DNA from: Actinomycetota bacterium
GTDB taxonomy: Bacteria > Actinomycetota > CADDZG01 > WHSQ01
NCBI GenBank assembly: GCA_050693975.1
Contig: JBOGWV010000177.1
Span: 624 to 64,623, forward strand
Direction: 5' to 3'
DNA: 64,000 nucleotides
In this document: piece by piece, positions 25,720 through 36,641 of the stretch
How positions within the stretch are numbered: position 1 is the stretch's first letter
How the letters are laid out: every line of letters begins with the position of its first letter
Position numbers and translations under genes: made by a program
The notes under the pieces: model-generated
Told to the model about the DNA's origin: nothing
What the model saw: only the letters and a program-made list of their open reading frames with translations
Databases searched by the model: none

Positions 25720-27527
25720 GATGCCCGCGCCTCTGCGATGATCCCGGGCGCAGGCGGTAGCGCAACGAATTGCGGCTTGGAGCCGAACTCGCTCAGCTCC
25801 TTGTCGCTTAACCGGTTCACGAATGAGGCGAAGGTGTCGTTGGGAGCACGCAGCCTGCGATATCGGCGAACGACGGCTTCGACATAGGGACCGAGTTCAT
25901 TGCCGAGTACCTTAACGCCCCTGACCTTGCGGCCGAAGGATCGTTCGGTGCCGAGGTGGCCACCGAGATGAACGAGGAAGGCCTCGACCTTGCGCTTGAC
26001 GACGATTGGCCGCCCCGACTCGTCGGTCGCATGCGCGCGCTCGGTAACCTGGCAGCCCATCAGCCCGATGTCCGCCGTCTGATACCGCGCGCATGAATTG
26101 GGACAGCCGTTCACGTTGATGCGAACCTCCTCGTCGAACCCGGGCAACCGCTCTTCCAGAAAGCGGTACAGCTCCGCGGCCCGGCCCTTGGTTTCGACGA
26201 TGGCGAGCTTGCAGAACTCGATCCCGGTACACGCCATGGTCCCTCGTCGCCAGGCGCTCGCCTCGACGGGGAGGTTCAGGGTCTCGAGTTCCTCGAGGAG
26301 TTCCGCGACTCGCTCTTCGGCCACGTCGAGAATGACCAGTTTCTGCTGAGTGGTGGTACGCACCCGACCGCCCCCGTACTTGGTTGCGAGCCTGGCGACC
26401 GCCCGCAGCTGGTGTCCATCGATGCGTCCCGCCCGCGGCGCGAAGCCGACGTAGTAGTTGCCGTCGCGCTGGGGCCACACGCCGGCGTGCTCGCGGTGTG
26501 ACGACTTCGACGAGGCCGGTTCGGGGAGGTCGTCCAGGGCGAAGCCGAGCTCCCCTTCGAGCACTGCCCTAAACGTCTCCGCCCCCCAGTCCTTGACCAG
26601 AAACTTCAGGCGCGCTCGGTTGCGAGCCCTCCGGTAGCCGTAGTCGCGAAACACCGCGGTAACGCCGAGCACTACCGGGATGACCTGTTCGGGCGTGACG
26701 AAGGCCCCAAGTCGCTGAGCGAATATCGGGTTCGTCGAGAGGCCCCCGCCGACCCACAGATCGAATCCGCTGCGACCGTCCGGGTGGACCGCTCCTACTA
26801 GGGAGAGGTCGTTTATCTCGGGCTGACCGCATTGATGGGAGCAGCCTGAGATCGAGATCTTGTACTTGCGCGGAAGGTTCGAGAACTCTTGGTTGCCCGC
26901 GAGCTTGGCGTTGACCTCGTTGAGGACCAGGGACGCGTCCACGACCTCGGACGCGTCGACGCCGGCGAGCGGACAGCCGAGAATGTTGCGCGGGGTGTCG
27001 CCGCACGCCTCGGTTGTCGACAGCCCCACCCGCTCGAGCTCGGACCAGATCTCGGGCATCTGTTCGATGCGGATCCAGTGAAGCTGGATGTTCTGGCGAT
27101 CGGTAACGTCGGCCACGTCTCGTCCGAAGCGCTCGGACAACCTCCCGATCACGTCGGTCTGCTCGGCGGTGAGCTGGCCTCCCGGGATGCGGATGCGCAG
27201 CATGAAGTAGCCGTCCGCCTCTGGTCGCTGGGTGTAGAGCCCATGCCAGCGGAAACGATTGCGAAGGTCGCTGGGCCAGATCGAGCCGAACCCGTCCTTG
27301 GAGTAGACGTGTTCGATGCGAGTCCGAACGTTCAGCCCGTCGTCCTCACGTTTGGCCACCTCGGCGGGGTTGAGGGGCTCGCGGTAGCCGAAGGCCCACT
27401 GGCCCTCGGAGCGAGCCGCTCGGGGCGGGCTCGGCCGAACCGCAGACTCAGATAGGGGCGGGCTCGGCCGAACCGCAGACTCAGATAGGGGCGGGGTGGC
27501 GGCCTCACATCCGCAGGTTTCACACAC
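25716..27527 (-). CDS. sirA: Ferredoxin-dependent sulfite reductase (NirA/SirA type)
   Basis: SEGQWAFGYREPLN...RFRWHGLYTQ N-terminus as in SirA. Sirohaem/4Fe-4S Cys motifs TACTGIEFCKLA and CPNSCA. ATGA overlap with cysH. The N-terminal tail contains a duplicated 33-bp repeat. Confidence 0.9.
   Translation of the reverse strand: MCETCGCEAATPPLSESAVRPSPPLSESAVRPSPPRAARSEGQWAFGYREPLNPAEVAKREDDGLNVRTRIEHVYSKDGFGSIWPSDLRNRFRWHGLYTQRPEADGYFMLRIRIPGGQLTAEQTDVIGRLSERFGRDVADVTDRQNIQLHWIRIEQMPEIWSELERVGLSTTEACGDTPRNILGCPLAGVDASEVVDASLVLNEVNAKLAGNQEFSNLPRKYKISISGCSHQCGQPEINDLSLVGAVHPDGRSGFDLWVGGGLSTNPIFAQRLGAFVTPEQVIPVVLGVTAVFRDYGYRRARNRARLKFLVKDWGAETFRAVLEGELGFALDDLPEPASSKSSHREHAGVWPQRDGNYYVGFAPRAGRIDGHQLRAVARLATKYGGGRVRTTTQQKLVILDVAEERVAELLEELETLNLPVEASAWRRGTMACTGIEFCKLAIVETKGRAAELYRFLEERLPGFDEEVRINVNGCPNSCARYQTADIGLMGCQVTERAHATDESGRPIVVKRKVEAFLVHLGGHLGTERSFGRKVRGVKVLGNELGPYVEAVVRRYRRLRAPNDTFASFVNRLSDKELSEFGSKPQFVALPPAPGIIAEARAS
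27422..27496. repeat. Two perfect 33-bp tandem units plus a partial third, belonging to the dispersed GGGGCGGGCTCGGCCGAACCGCAGA repeat family
   Basis: Unit ggggcgggctcggccgaaccgcagactcagata occurs at 27422-27454 and 27455-27487. It encodes PPLSESAVRPS twice in the sirA N-terminus. Confidence 0.9.
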
Positions 27528-27587
27528 TGAAGCAGTCCTCGTCTCGTCGGTCTCTCTCGGGAGGGCGACGTTGCCCGCAGAATCAGT

Positions 27588-27616
27588 TTTCTACTGTGCA
27601 AACAGTGTGAAGTCAA
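27588..27616 (-). promoter_or_regulatory. Candidate promoter TTGACT-17 nt-TAGAAA, with inverted repeat ACTGT-N4-ACAGT in the spacer, upstream of sirA
   Basis: On the minus strand, TTGACT is at 27616-27611 and TAGAAA at 27593-27588. It lies about 60 nt upstream of the sirA ATG. Confidence 0.3.
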
Positions 27617-27646
27617 ACAGGCAGGCGAGAGGCGTTTTTAGAGGGC

Positions 27647-28024
27647 TCAGGCGCGGTGGATCGCGCGGGTCAGCTCCGAGATGCGGCGCTCGAGCTGATT
27701 GAGTCCCTCGACCTTGCCGACGCACGCGGCCACTCCGGCCTCGGCGGCGCGCAGCTCGAGTTCGTGGTCGAGGTATGCGGTGTAAAGGATTATGGATTGA
27801 TCGGGTCGGCGGGCCCTGATGCGTCTCGAGGCCTCGAGTCCGTCGATTCCGGGCATTTGGTAATCGATGATTATCACGTCGGGGTCGCGCTGGTCGGCCA
27901 CGAGAATCGCCTCGGCTCCCGAACCTCCCTGGCCGACGACCGTGAAACCGTCGATCTCGAGCATCTCGACCAACATGGCGCGCACATGAGGCGTGTCGTC
28001 GATGACTACTACCTTCGCTGACAC
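27647..28024 (-). CDS. Single-domain (CheY-like) response regulator
   Basis: Receiver domain only: VVVIDDTPHVR...DVIIIDYQMPGIDG...ILYTA. There is no output domain. Confidence 0.85.
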   Translation of the reverse strand: MSAKVVVIDDTPHVRAMLVEMLEIDGFTVVGQGGSGAEAILVADQRDPDVIIIDYQMPGIDGLEASRRIRARRPDQSIILYTAYLDHELELRAAEAGVAACVGKVEGLNQLERRISELTRAIHRA

Positions 28025-28053
28025 TCCGACCTCCTCACTAATGCAGAGGAGCG

Positions 28054-28902
28054 CTAGGTTCGGGGAAGCCCCTTCGATATCCGACGGCGACCCTTCAAGC
28101 GTTCTTCCACGTACACGCGATTCCGAGCCAGCATCTCGATGAGCTCTTGCGGCCGCTGCACGTAACGGCTCACCGAGAGTTCGAGGGAGATGGTTCCCGC
28201 GTATTTGCTTCGACGCAGCTCAGCTATGAACCTTCCCAGGGGAAGGATTCCACGGCCAAGCTCGAGATGCCCGTCTTTGCCGTCGCCGGCATTATCGCTG
28301 AGGTGAACGTGAACCAGTCGGGGGACAAGAGTCTCGAGGGAGACCAGGATGTCCTTGCGAGCGACGGTCAGGTGGCTGGTATCGAGCGCGACGTGGGGGG
28401 CGGCCTCGACGAGCTCGGCCGGATCGAGCCACCTGTAGCCGCGCAGCTTTCGACCCGCGACCCACTTCGGGTACATGGTTTCGACGGCCACCGCCACAGC
28501 CGTCTCCTCGAAGGAGGCCAGCGCGCGCTCTCCGATCCAGCCCGCGTAGGCCCGCTCCCATAGGAAGGGGGGGTGGACTACCAGCGTGTCGGCGCCCACC
28601 GCCTCGCACATCTCGATGCCTCGTTCGATCTTGCCGATGGGATCCATCCCCCACACGCTCTTGGTGATTACGAGGAACGGTCCGTGGATCGAGGCGATCC
28701 TGAGGCCGCGCTCCTGGGCGAGCTTCAGGGGAAGCTCCGGCTCGTGGGTCTTGGTGTCGCGCGTCACCATTAGTTCGATCTCGGTGAAACCGGCCTCTGC
28801 GATCGCGTCCATGGCGCGCTCGAGCTCGAACGCCCAGAAGGGGCCCGTGGAGCACTGTACGGGGGGGAGGTTGCTGGCGGCCATGGGGCTCGATGTTCCC
28901 AC
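28054..28902 (-). CDS. Sugar phosphate isomerase/epimerase (xylose isomerase-like TIM barrel; Rv0498-like)
   Basis: AP_endonuc_2-type pattern: AGFTEIEL, SIHGPF, LVVHPP, HVHLSDN. The start may instead be the ATG at 28884. Confidence 0.8.
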   Translation of the reverse strand: MGTSSPMAASNLPPVQCSTGPFWAFELERAMDAIAEAGFTEIELMVTRDTKTHEPELPLKLAQERGLRIASIHGPFLVITKSVWGMDPIGKIERGIEMCEAVGADTLVVHPPFLWERAYAGWIGERALASFEETAVAVAVETMYPKWVAGRKLRGYRWLDPAELVEAAPHVALDTSHLTVARKDILVSLETLVPRLVHVHLSDNAGDGKDGHLELGRGILPLGRFIAELRRSKYAGTISLELSVSRYVQRPQELIEMLARNRVYVEERLKGRRRISKGLPRT

Positions 28903-28918
28903 GCCCGAGCCCGATGCA

Positions 28919-28954
28919 GAAGCGCCCCCGGAACCTAAGAACCGGGGGCGCTTC
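28919..28954. terminator. Perfect 13-bp G+C-rich hairpin between the ATPase and isomerase genes (terminator-like, no U-tract)
   Basis: GAAGCGCCCCCGG, then a 10-nt loop, then CCGGGGGCGCTTC. It lies about 90 nt downstream of the ATPase stop at 29044. Confidence 0.4.
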
Positions 28955-29043
28955 GCCTTTCGGAGTCCTTAAAGAGGTGGACCGGCTTGGGGCGGGCTGG
29001 GAGGCTCTAAAAAGCAGAGCGACGCCCTACGCCGGGTGCCGCC

Positions 29044-31503
<2,460 letters not shown>

Positions 31504-31544
31504 ATGACAACCCGAGGCGGGGGCCGCCGCAAGGGAGTTGCCCC

Positions 31545-32267
31545 TTATCGACGCCTGCCTCGACGCCATGCCCGGTCCCGGCCTTCGCAGCGGATGCGCT
31601 CGAGTGCGTCGGGACGCAGGATGCGTAACTGCCGCCCCCGATAGTCCACCACTCCCGCCTCCTTGAATGACTTGAGCGCCCGGTTTGCGCTTTCGCGACA
31701 CATTCCGGCGAGGCGACCGAGGTCGGCTTGCGCGAGCGGGACGTCCAATTCGACGGCTCCGTCGCGAACCCGGCCGATGAGGTCGGCGAGATCGAGGAGC
31801 CTGCCCGCCAACCTGGCGGGGACCTCGCTGCTGGTTCGTTCGAGGGCGGTGTCCGTGATCCACCGCGCCCGCTGGGCCAGGGCCCGGGCTAGCTCGAGGC
31901 ACGCCGCGGGGTTGGTCTCGAGGACCGCAACAAACAGGTCGGAGTCGAAGCCGAAGGCCGTGGTTCTCATCGCGGCGACGGCATCGAGTGGCTGCGGGTT
32001 GCCGTCGAGTGCGGCCACATCTCCGATGATGTCGCCGGGCAACCCCAGGCACAGGATGGTCTCGCGGCCCTCGGTGTCGTGCGCGGTCATCTTGACCACG
32101 CCTGAGCAGACGAGATGAGCCCTGCGACCGTGGTCTCCTGCGAGATACAGGCGCTCCCCGGCCACCAGGCGCCGGAGCACCGCGCGATCCATCAGGCGGG
32201 CGCGATCCCGGGGACGCAGCGAGTCGAGGATCGGGGATGCGAGCGGTTGAGACACGAGCACCTCCAT
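31545..32267 (-). CDS. Crp/Fnr-family transcriptional regulator
   Basis: cNMP-binding beta-barrel (GERLYLAGD...GDIIGDVAAL) followed by a C-terminal HTH (DLGRLAGMCRESANRALKSFKEAGVV). Confidence 0.8.
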   Translation of the reverse strand: MEVLVSQPLASPILDSLRPRDRARLMDRAVLRRLVAGERLYLAGDHGRRAHLVCSGVVKMTAHDTEGRETILCLGLPGDIIGDVAALDGNPQPLDAVAAMRTTAFGFDSDLFVAVLETNPAACLELARALAQRARWITDTALERTSSEVPARLAGRLLDLADLIGRVRDGAVELDVPLAQADLGRLAGMCRESANRALKSFKEAGVVDYRGRQLRILRPDALERIRCEGRDRAWRRGRRR

Positions 32268-32440
32268 GCGTAGGGCCCGGCGGACTCAGGAGCCCGCCAT
32301 GGATCGGATGCAGAGGCGCGGAAAGGGGCAGGCCGAAAACGCCTGCCCCTCCTCGAGGTCAGATTAGGCGATTCATGGGAATTGTCCAGACCCAAATCCG
32401 AGGGGCGCGTCTGCGCACTGCATACAGTGTTCGGGTGGCC

Positions 32441-33094
32441 ATGGAGCTCATAACGCGTGGTTCGCTGCGCGACGAGATAGTCGACCGCCTGCGATCTCTG
32501 GTGGTCACGGGCGAGCTGGGCCCTGGGGCCCGCATCAACGAATCGATCCTTTCGGGCGAGCTCGGGGTCAGCCGTACCCCCCTGCGCGAGGCGTTGTTGT
32601 TACTGGTGGGCGAGGGGCTCGTGGCGTGCGAACCGGCGCGCGGCTTCGTGGCCTCCCCACTGACCGTCGCTCAGGCACGAGAGGTCTTTCCCATCCTCGC
32701 CGCGCTCGAGGTTCTGGCGCTGCGGAGCGGCGGTGGCGTCGCGCTGCACAAGCTCGACCGCCTTCGTGGTCTCCACGCCGAATACCAGGTGGCACCGAAT
32801 TCGACCGAGGCCCGTTGGGTCGACGAGCGATGGCACGCGCTACTCACTTCGGGCAGCACCAACGGCACTCTGCAGGAGCAGCTGAGTCGCTGGCGCTTCG
32901 TCGAACGCCGCTACTTCCTGGCGACGTCCGACCTCGCCGGGAGCTGGCCCCATCCCTCGCTTGTGTTCCAGCACGAGGCCGTGATGGAGGCGGTCGACCA
33001 AGGCGACCTGGACGAAGCCTGCGCGGCACTGGAGCGTCATTGGATCTCCGCGACGCGCCCCCTGCTGAGCGCTCTAGCCCGCTCCATCGCCTGA
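32441..33094 (+). CDS. GntR-family (FadR/FCD-type) transcriptional regulator
   Basis: Start at MELITRGSLRDEIVDRL. GntR winged HTH (INESILSGELGVSRTPLREALLLLVGEGLV) plus a helical FCD-like C-terminal domain. Confidence 0.8.
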   Translation: MELITRGSLRDEIVDRLRSLVVTGELGPGARINESILSGELGVSRTPLREALLLLVGEGLVACEPARGFVASPLTVAQAREVFPILAALEVLALRSGGGVALHKLDRLRGLHAEYQVAPNSTEARWVDERWHALLTSGSTNGTLQEQLSRWRFVERRYFLATSDLAGSWPHPSLVFQHEAVMEAVDQGDLDEACAALERHWISATRPLLSALARSIA

Positions 33095-33149
33095 TCGCAG
33101 GGCGGCCAGTCGGGGAATCCTTGCGGTTCAGCCACGCGAAGATTGATCC

Positions 33150-33713
33150 ATGAACGCCGCTGTGCCCCCCACCCCTACGCGCACCAAACGCAACTGGGCG
33201 CGGGCCGGACTGATCGTCGGCCCGGCCGTCGCGGTCATCGCGCTTCTCGTATGGGCGACCTTCACCAAGGGCTCCGCCCCTCAGCCCGGTGACACCGCCC
33301 CCCCGTTCACCGCCGAACGGCTGGATGGGTCGGGTTCGCTCGCGCTCGGGGATTTCGAGGGAAGGCCGGTGCTGATCAACTTCTGGGCATCGTGGTGCGT
33401 GCCCTGCGAGGAAGAGGCGGCCGTGTTCGACACCATGGCCGAGCAGTTCGAAGGGGAGGTCGCGTTTCTCGGAGTCAACATCAAAGATGCTCCGAGCGAC
33501 GCCCGGGCGTTCGAGCAACGCTTCGACGTCGGCTATCCGAGCGTGCGCGACGAGGGCCGCACCATCGAAGACGACTACGGACTGACCGGGCAACCGGAGA
33601 CATTCTTGATCTCGGCCGACGGCACCATCGTCGAGCACATTCCGGGGGCCGTCACCGATGCGGCCTATCTCCAGGGCCTGCTCGACGATCTCGTGGCCGG
33701 AGCGGGCTCTTGA
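33150..33713 (+). CDS. TlpA/ResA/CcmG-type membrane-anchored thiol:disulfide oxidoreductase
   Basis: N-terminal anchor and thioredoxin fold with FWASWCVPCEEE. Adjacent to ccdA. Confidence 0.85.
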   Translation: MNAAVPPTPTRTKRNWARAGLIVGPAVAVIALLVWATFTKGSAPQPGDTAPPFTAERLDGSGSLALGDFEGRPVLINFWASWCVPCEEEAAVFDTMAEQFEGEVAFLGVNIKDAPSDARAFEQRFDVGYPSVRDEGRTIEDDYGLTGQPETFLISADGTIVEHIPGAVTDAAYLQGLLDDLVAGAGS

Positions 33714-33716
33714 CCC

Positions 33717-34454
33717 ATGGCTGACCCGACGATCGGCATCGCGTTCGCCGCAGGCCTGGTCTCCTTCCTGTCTCCGTGCGTGCTGCCGCTGGTCCCCGGC
33801 TACATCTCGTATATGTCGGGGGTAGGCGCCCAGGAGACCGGCGGACGTGAGTCGTTTCGCGCGGGGGGCGCCGCGCTGTCGTTCGTGGGGGGATTCACCG
33901 CGGTGTTCGTCGCGCTGGGCGCGACCGCGACCCTGCTCGGATCATTTCTACGTGACTACCGGCTCGAGCTCGCGCGTGCCGGTGGCGTGCTGATCATCAT
34001 CCTGGGCCTGGTGTTCATGGGCGTGCTGAAGATCCCCTTCCTCTACCGCGAAAAGCGATTCCATCCCACTCCGGGGGCCGGGCTTGCCGGCTCGGCGCTG
34101 CTTGGCGCGGCGTTCGCGTTCGGCTGGAGTCCCTGCATCGGGGCCACCATGGGAGCGGTGCTGGCGATGGCCGCAGGCCGCGGGACCACAGGAGGCGTCG
34201 GCGAGGGTGCGTTCCTGCTGTTCGTCTACTCGCTCGGACTCGGAGTGCCCTTCCTGCTAGCCGGGATCGGGGTGTCGAGGCTCACCGGGGCGGTGAGGTG
34301 GCTCCGCGTTCACACGCGCACCATCAACCTGGTTAGCGGGGCCCTACTGGTAATCGTCGGCCTGCTGTTCGTGACCGACCAGCTGTTTCAGCTGTCGATC
34401 TGGATGCAGAAGGCGTTCACCGCAGCCAACCTCGACTTCTGGAGCGCGTTCTGA
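33717..34454 (+). CDS. ccdA: Cytochrome c biogenesis thiol-reductant transporter CcdA
   Basis: DsbD-family core with FLSPCVLPLVPGY and a second conserved Cys in WSPCIG. Confidence 0.9.
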   Translation: MADPTIGIAFAAGLVSFLSPCVLPLVPGYISYMSGVGAQETGGRESFRAGGAALSFVGGFTAVFVALGATATLLGSFLRDYRLELARAGGVLIIILGLVFMGVLKIPFLYREKRFHPTPGAGLAGSALLGAAFAFGWSPCIGATMGAVLAMAAGRGTTGGVGEGAFLLFVYSLGLGVPFLLAGIGVSRLTGAVRWLRVHTRTINLVSGALLVIVGLLFVTDQLFQLSIWMQKAFTAANLDFWSAF

Positions 34455-34539
34455 CCGGACTCGCAGCACAAATTCACATCTGGTTCCTTGGCTCTGGTGT
34501 GCATCAGCCAAAAGAGCAGGTCAGGGCGGCTTTTATGGT

Positions 34540-34557
34540 TTGTGATTGCCGTCACAA
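34540..34557. promoter_or_regulatory. Rex operator (ROP)-like palindrome TTGTGA-N6-TCACAA
   Basis: TTGTGATTGCCGTCACAA lies 20 nt upstream of the rex ATG. It fits the published TTGTGAA-N4-TTCACAA consensus geometry. Confidence 0.65.
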
Positions 34558-34577
34558 GCCCGTAGGATACTTCTCCT

Positions 34578-35270
34578 ATGCGTAATCGACCAATACCCGA
34601 GGCCACCGTCGCCAGGCTCCCCATGTACCTCCGCTCGCTGCTGGACCTGGCCGAGAGCCGCGGCGTCATGACGGTCAGCTCCGAGGAGCTGGCGCGGCTC
34701 GCCGGCGTCAACGCAGCCAAGGTTCGCAAGGACCTGAGCTACCTGGGCTCGTATGGGACCCGGGGCGTCGGCTACGACGTCGAGTACCTCCTCTACCAGA
34801 TCACTCGCGAGCTCGGCCTCACCCAGGACTGGCCTACCGCCATGATCGGCATCGGTAACCTCGGGCGTGCGCTTGCCTCCTACAAGGGTTTCGCCGAGCG
34901 CGGTTTCCGCATCACCGCGCTGTTCGACTCCGACGACGACGTCGTGGGGGCCGAGGTCGGGGGCATAACGGTGCGGCACATCGACGAGCTCAAGGAGACC
35001 GTCGCCGAGGAGGGGTTGTGCATCGGCATCATCTCGACCCCTCCGATCGCCGCACAAGAGGTGGCCGAGAAACTCGTCGACGCCGGGATCAAGTCGATCC
35101 TCAACTTCGCCCCCTGTCACGTGAACGTCCCGCCCGACGTCAACGTGCGCAAGGTCGATCTGTCGGTCGAGCTTCAGATCCTGAGCTTCTACCAGCAGCG
35201 CACCAAGGCGATCGAGACCGCACGTGAGGCCAACCGGCGCCTCGAGAACCAAGACCCGACTCGGAGGTAG
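34578..35270 (+). CDS. rex: Redox-sensing transcriptional repressor Rex
   Basis: IPEATVARLPMYLRSL, winged helix KVRKDLSYLGSYGTRGVGYDV, and Rossmann motif IGIGNLGRAL. Confidence 0.9.
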   Translation: MRNRPIPEATVARLPMYLRSLLDLAESRGVMTVSSEELARLAGVNAAKVRKDLSYLGSYGTRGVGYDVEYLLYQITRELGLTQDWPTAMIGIGNLGRALASYKGFAERGFRITALFDSDDDVVGAEVGGITVRHIDELKETVAEEGLCIGIISTPPIAAQEVAEKLVDAGIKSILNFAPCHVNVPPDVNVRKVDLSVELQILSFYQQRTKAIETAREANRRLENQDPTRR

Positions 35271-35279
35271 GTTCGACCC

Positions 35280-36641
35280 ATGTCCATCGTGGTCGTGGGG
35301 CTCAACCACAAGACCTCTCCGATAAGCCTGCTCGAGCAGCTCGCCATCCCCGACGAGCGGCACGCGAAGGCTCTGGCCGAGTTAATGAACTCCGAGCACG
35401 TGACCGAGGGCGCAATCCTGTCGACCTGTAACCGCGTCGAGGTCTATGCCAGCGTCACAAAGTTTCATCCGGGCGCGCAGGGACTGCGCAACTTCCTCAG
35501 CGAGTTCTGCCACATCGCACCGGAGGACTTCAGCGACCATCTCTACACCTACTTCGACGAGGGAGCGGTGTCGCATCTGTTCCGCGTTGCCGCGGGTGTC
35601 GACTCACTCGTCGTCGGTGAGTCGGAGATTCTCGGGCAGGTGCGCAAGGCCGTTGCGTTCGCCGAGGAAGAGGACACCGTCGGTCGCAACCTTCGTCGCG
35701 CATTCAGTCAAGCGCTAACCGTCGGCAAGCGCGCTCGCAGCGAAACCGAGATCTCACGCAATCCGGTGTCGGTGTCGTCGGCCGCGGTCGAGCTGGCGCG
35801 GCGCGCCTTCGCGGGACGCGGGGCGGGCTCGGTCGAACCGCAGAACGGACGCGGGGCGGGCTCGGCCGGACCGCAGAACGGACGCGGTGGCTATTCGCTT
35901 GAGGGCAAGAGCGTGGTCATCGTGGGGGCCGGGAAGATGGGCCGTTTGGCGGTGCAGGCTTTGCAGGCCGCCGGCGCGACCGAGACGATAGTTGTAAATC
36001 GCGGCGAGGAGCGCGCGCAGAGCTTGGCCGACGCATACGGCGTCAAGCCCCGCAGCCTGGGAGAGCTTCCCGAGGTGCTCTCGGGTGCCGACATCGTCAT
36101 CTGCTCGACAATGGCTCCCGGCGCGGTGCTCGACCACAAGACGGTGCGCACCGCGGTCGAGGGTCGCACCAGGCCGGACGCGCTGTTCATCGTCGACATC
36201 GCCGTACCGCGGGACGTGGATCCCTCGGTTGCCGAGATCGACGGAGTGGTACTCCGGGACATCGAGGATCTCCGCGCTCTCGTCGAGAACAACATGGGTG
36301 GCCGCGTGTCCGAGATCGCCAAGGTCGAGAGCATCGTGACCACTGAGCTCGAACGCTTCGCTCGCTGGGAGCGCGCGGTTGAAGTCGCTCCCGCCATCGC
36401 GCGCCTGGTCGACCAGTCCGAGGCGGTGCGTGTCGCCGAGCTCGAACGCTTCTCTTCGCAGCTCGCCGGAGTGAGCGACGAACAGAGGGCGGCCATCGAG
36501 CAGCTAACGAGGCGGATCGTCAACAAGATCCTCCACGCTCCGCTCAGCAAGTCCAAGGAGATCGCGAGCTCCACTCAGGGGCACGTCTACCTCGAGGCCC
36601 TGTACGAGCTCTTCGAGCTCGAAGATGACCTCGACTCCTGA
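35280..36641 (+). CDS. hemA: Glutamyl-tRNA reductase
   Basis: VVGLNHKTSPISLLE, catalytic STCNRVEVY and GESEILGQV. The NADPH motif VVIVGAGKMG is preceded by a repeat-encoded insertion. Confidence 0.9.
   Translation: MSIVVVGLNHKTSPISLLEQLAIPDERHAKALAELMNSEHVTEGAILSTCNRVEVYASVTKFHPGAQGLRNFLSEFCHIAPEDFSDHLYTYFDEGAVSHLFRVAAGVDSLVVGESEILGQVRKAVAFAEEEDTVGRNLRRAFSQALTVGKRARSETEISRNPVSVSSAAVELARRAFAGRGAGSVEPQNGRGAGSAGPQNGRGGYSLEGKSVVIVGAGKMGRLAVQALQAAGATETIVVNRGEERAQSLADAYGVKPRSLGELPEVLSGADIVICSTMAPGAVLDHKTVRTAVEGRTRPDALFIVDIAVPRDVDPSVAEIDGVVLRDIEDLRALVENNMGGRVSEIAKVESIVTTELERFARWERAVEVAPAIARLVDQSEAVRVAELERFSSQLAGVSDEQRAAIEQLTRRIVNKILHAPLSKSKEIASSTQGHVYLEALYELFELEDDLDS
35813..35886. repeat. Two 33-bp tandem units (2 mismatches) plus a partial third, from the dispersed repeat family, in-frame in hemA
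   Basis: Units ggacgcggggcgggctcggtcgaaccgcagaac and ggacgcggggcgggctcggccggaccgcagaac. They encode GRGAGSVEPQN and GRGAGSAGPQN. Confidence 0.9.

Noticed and set aside
31504-32052. 183-aa N-terminal extension of the P-type ATPase ORF (track ORF 29044..32052)
   Set aside because: The extension is extremely Arg/Pro-rich. It also overlaps the well-supported Crp/Fnr gene on the same strand in another frame. The ATPase homology begins at MSVSLVQ (ATG at 31503).
34533-35363. 276-aa minus-strand ORF
   Set aside because: It is antisense to rex, whose plus-strand translation matches Rex throughout.
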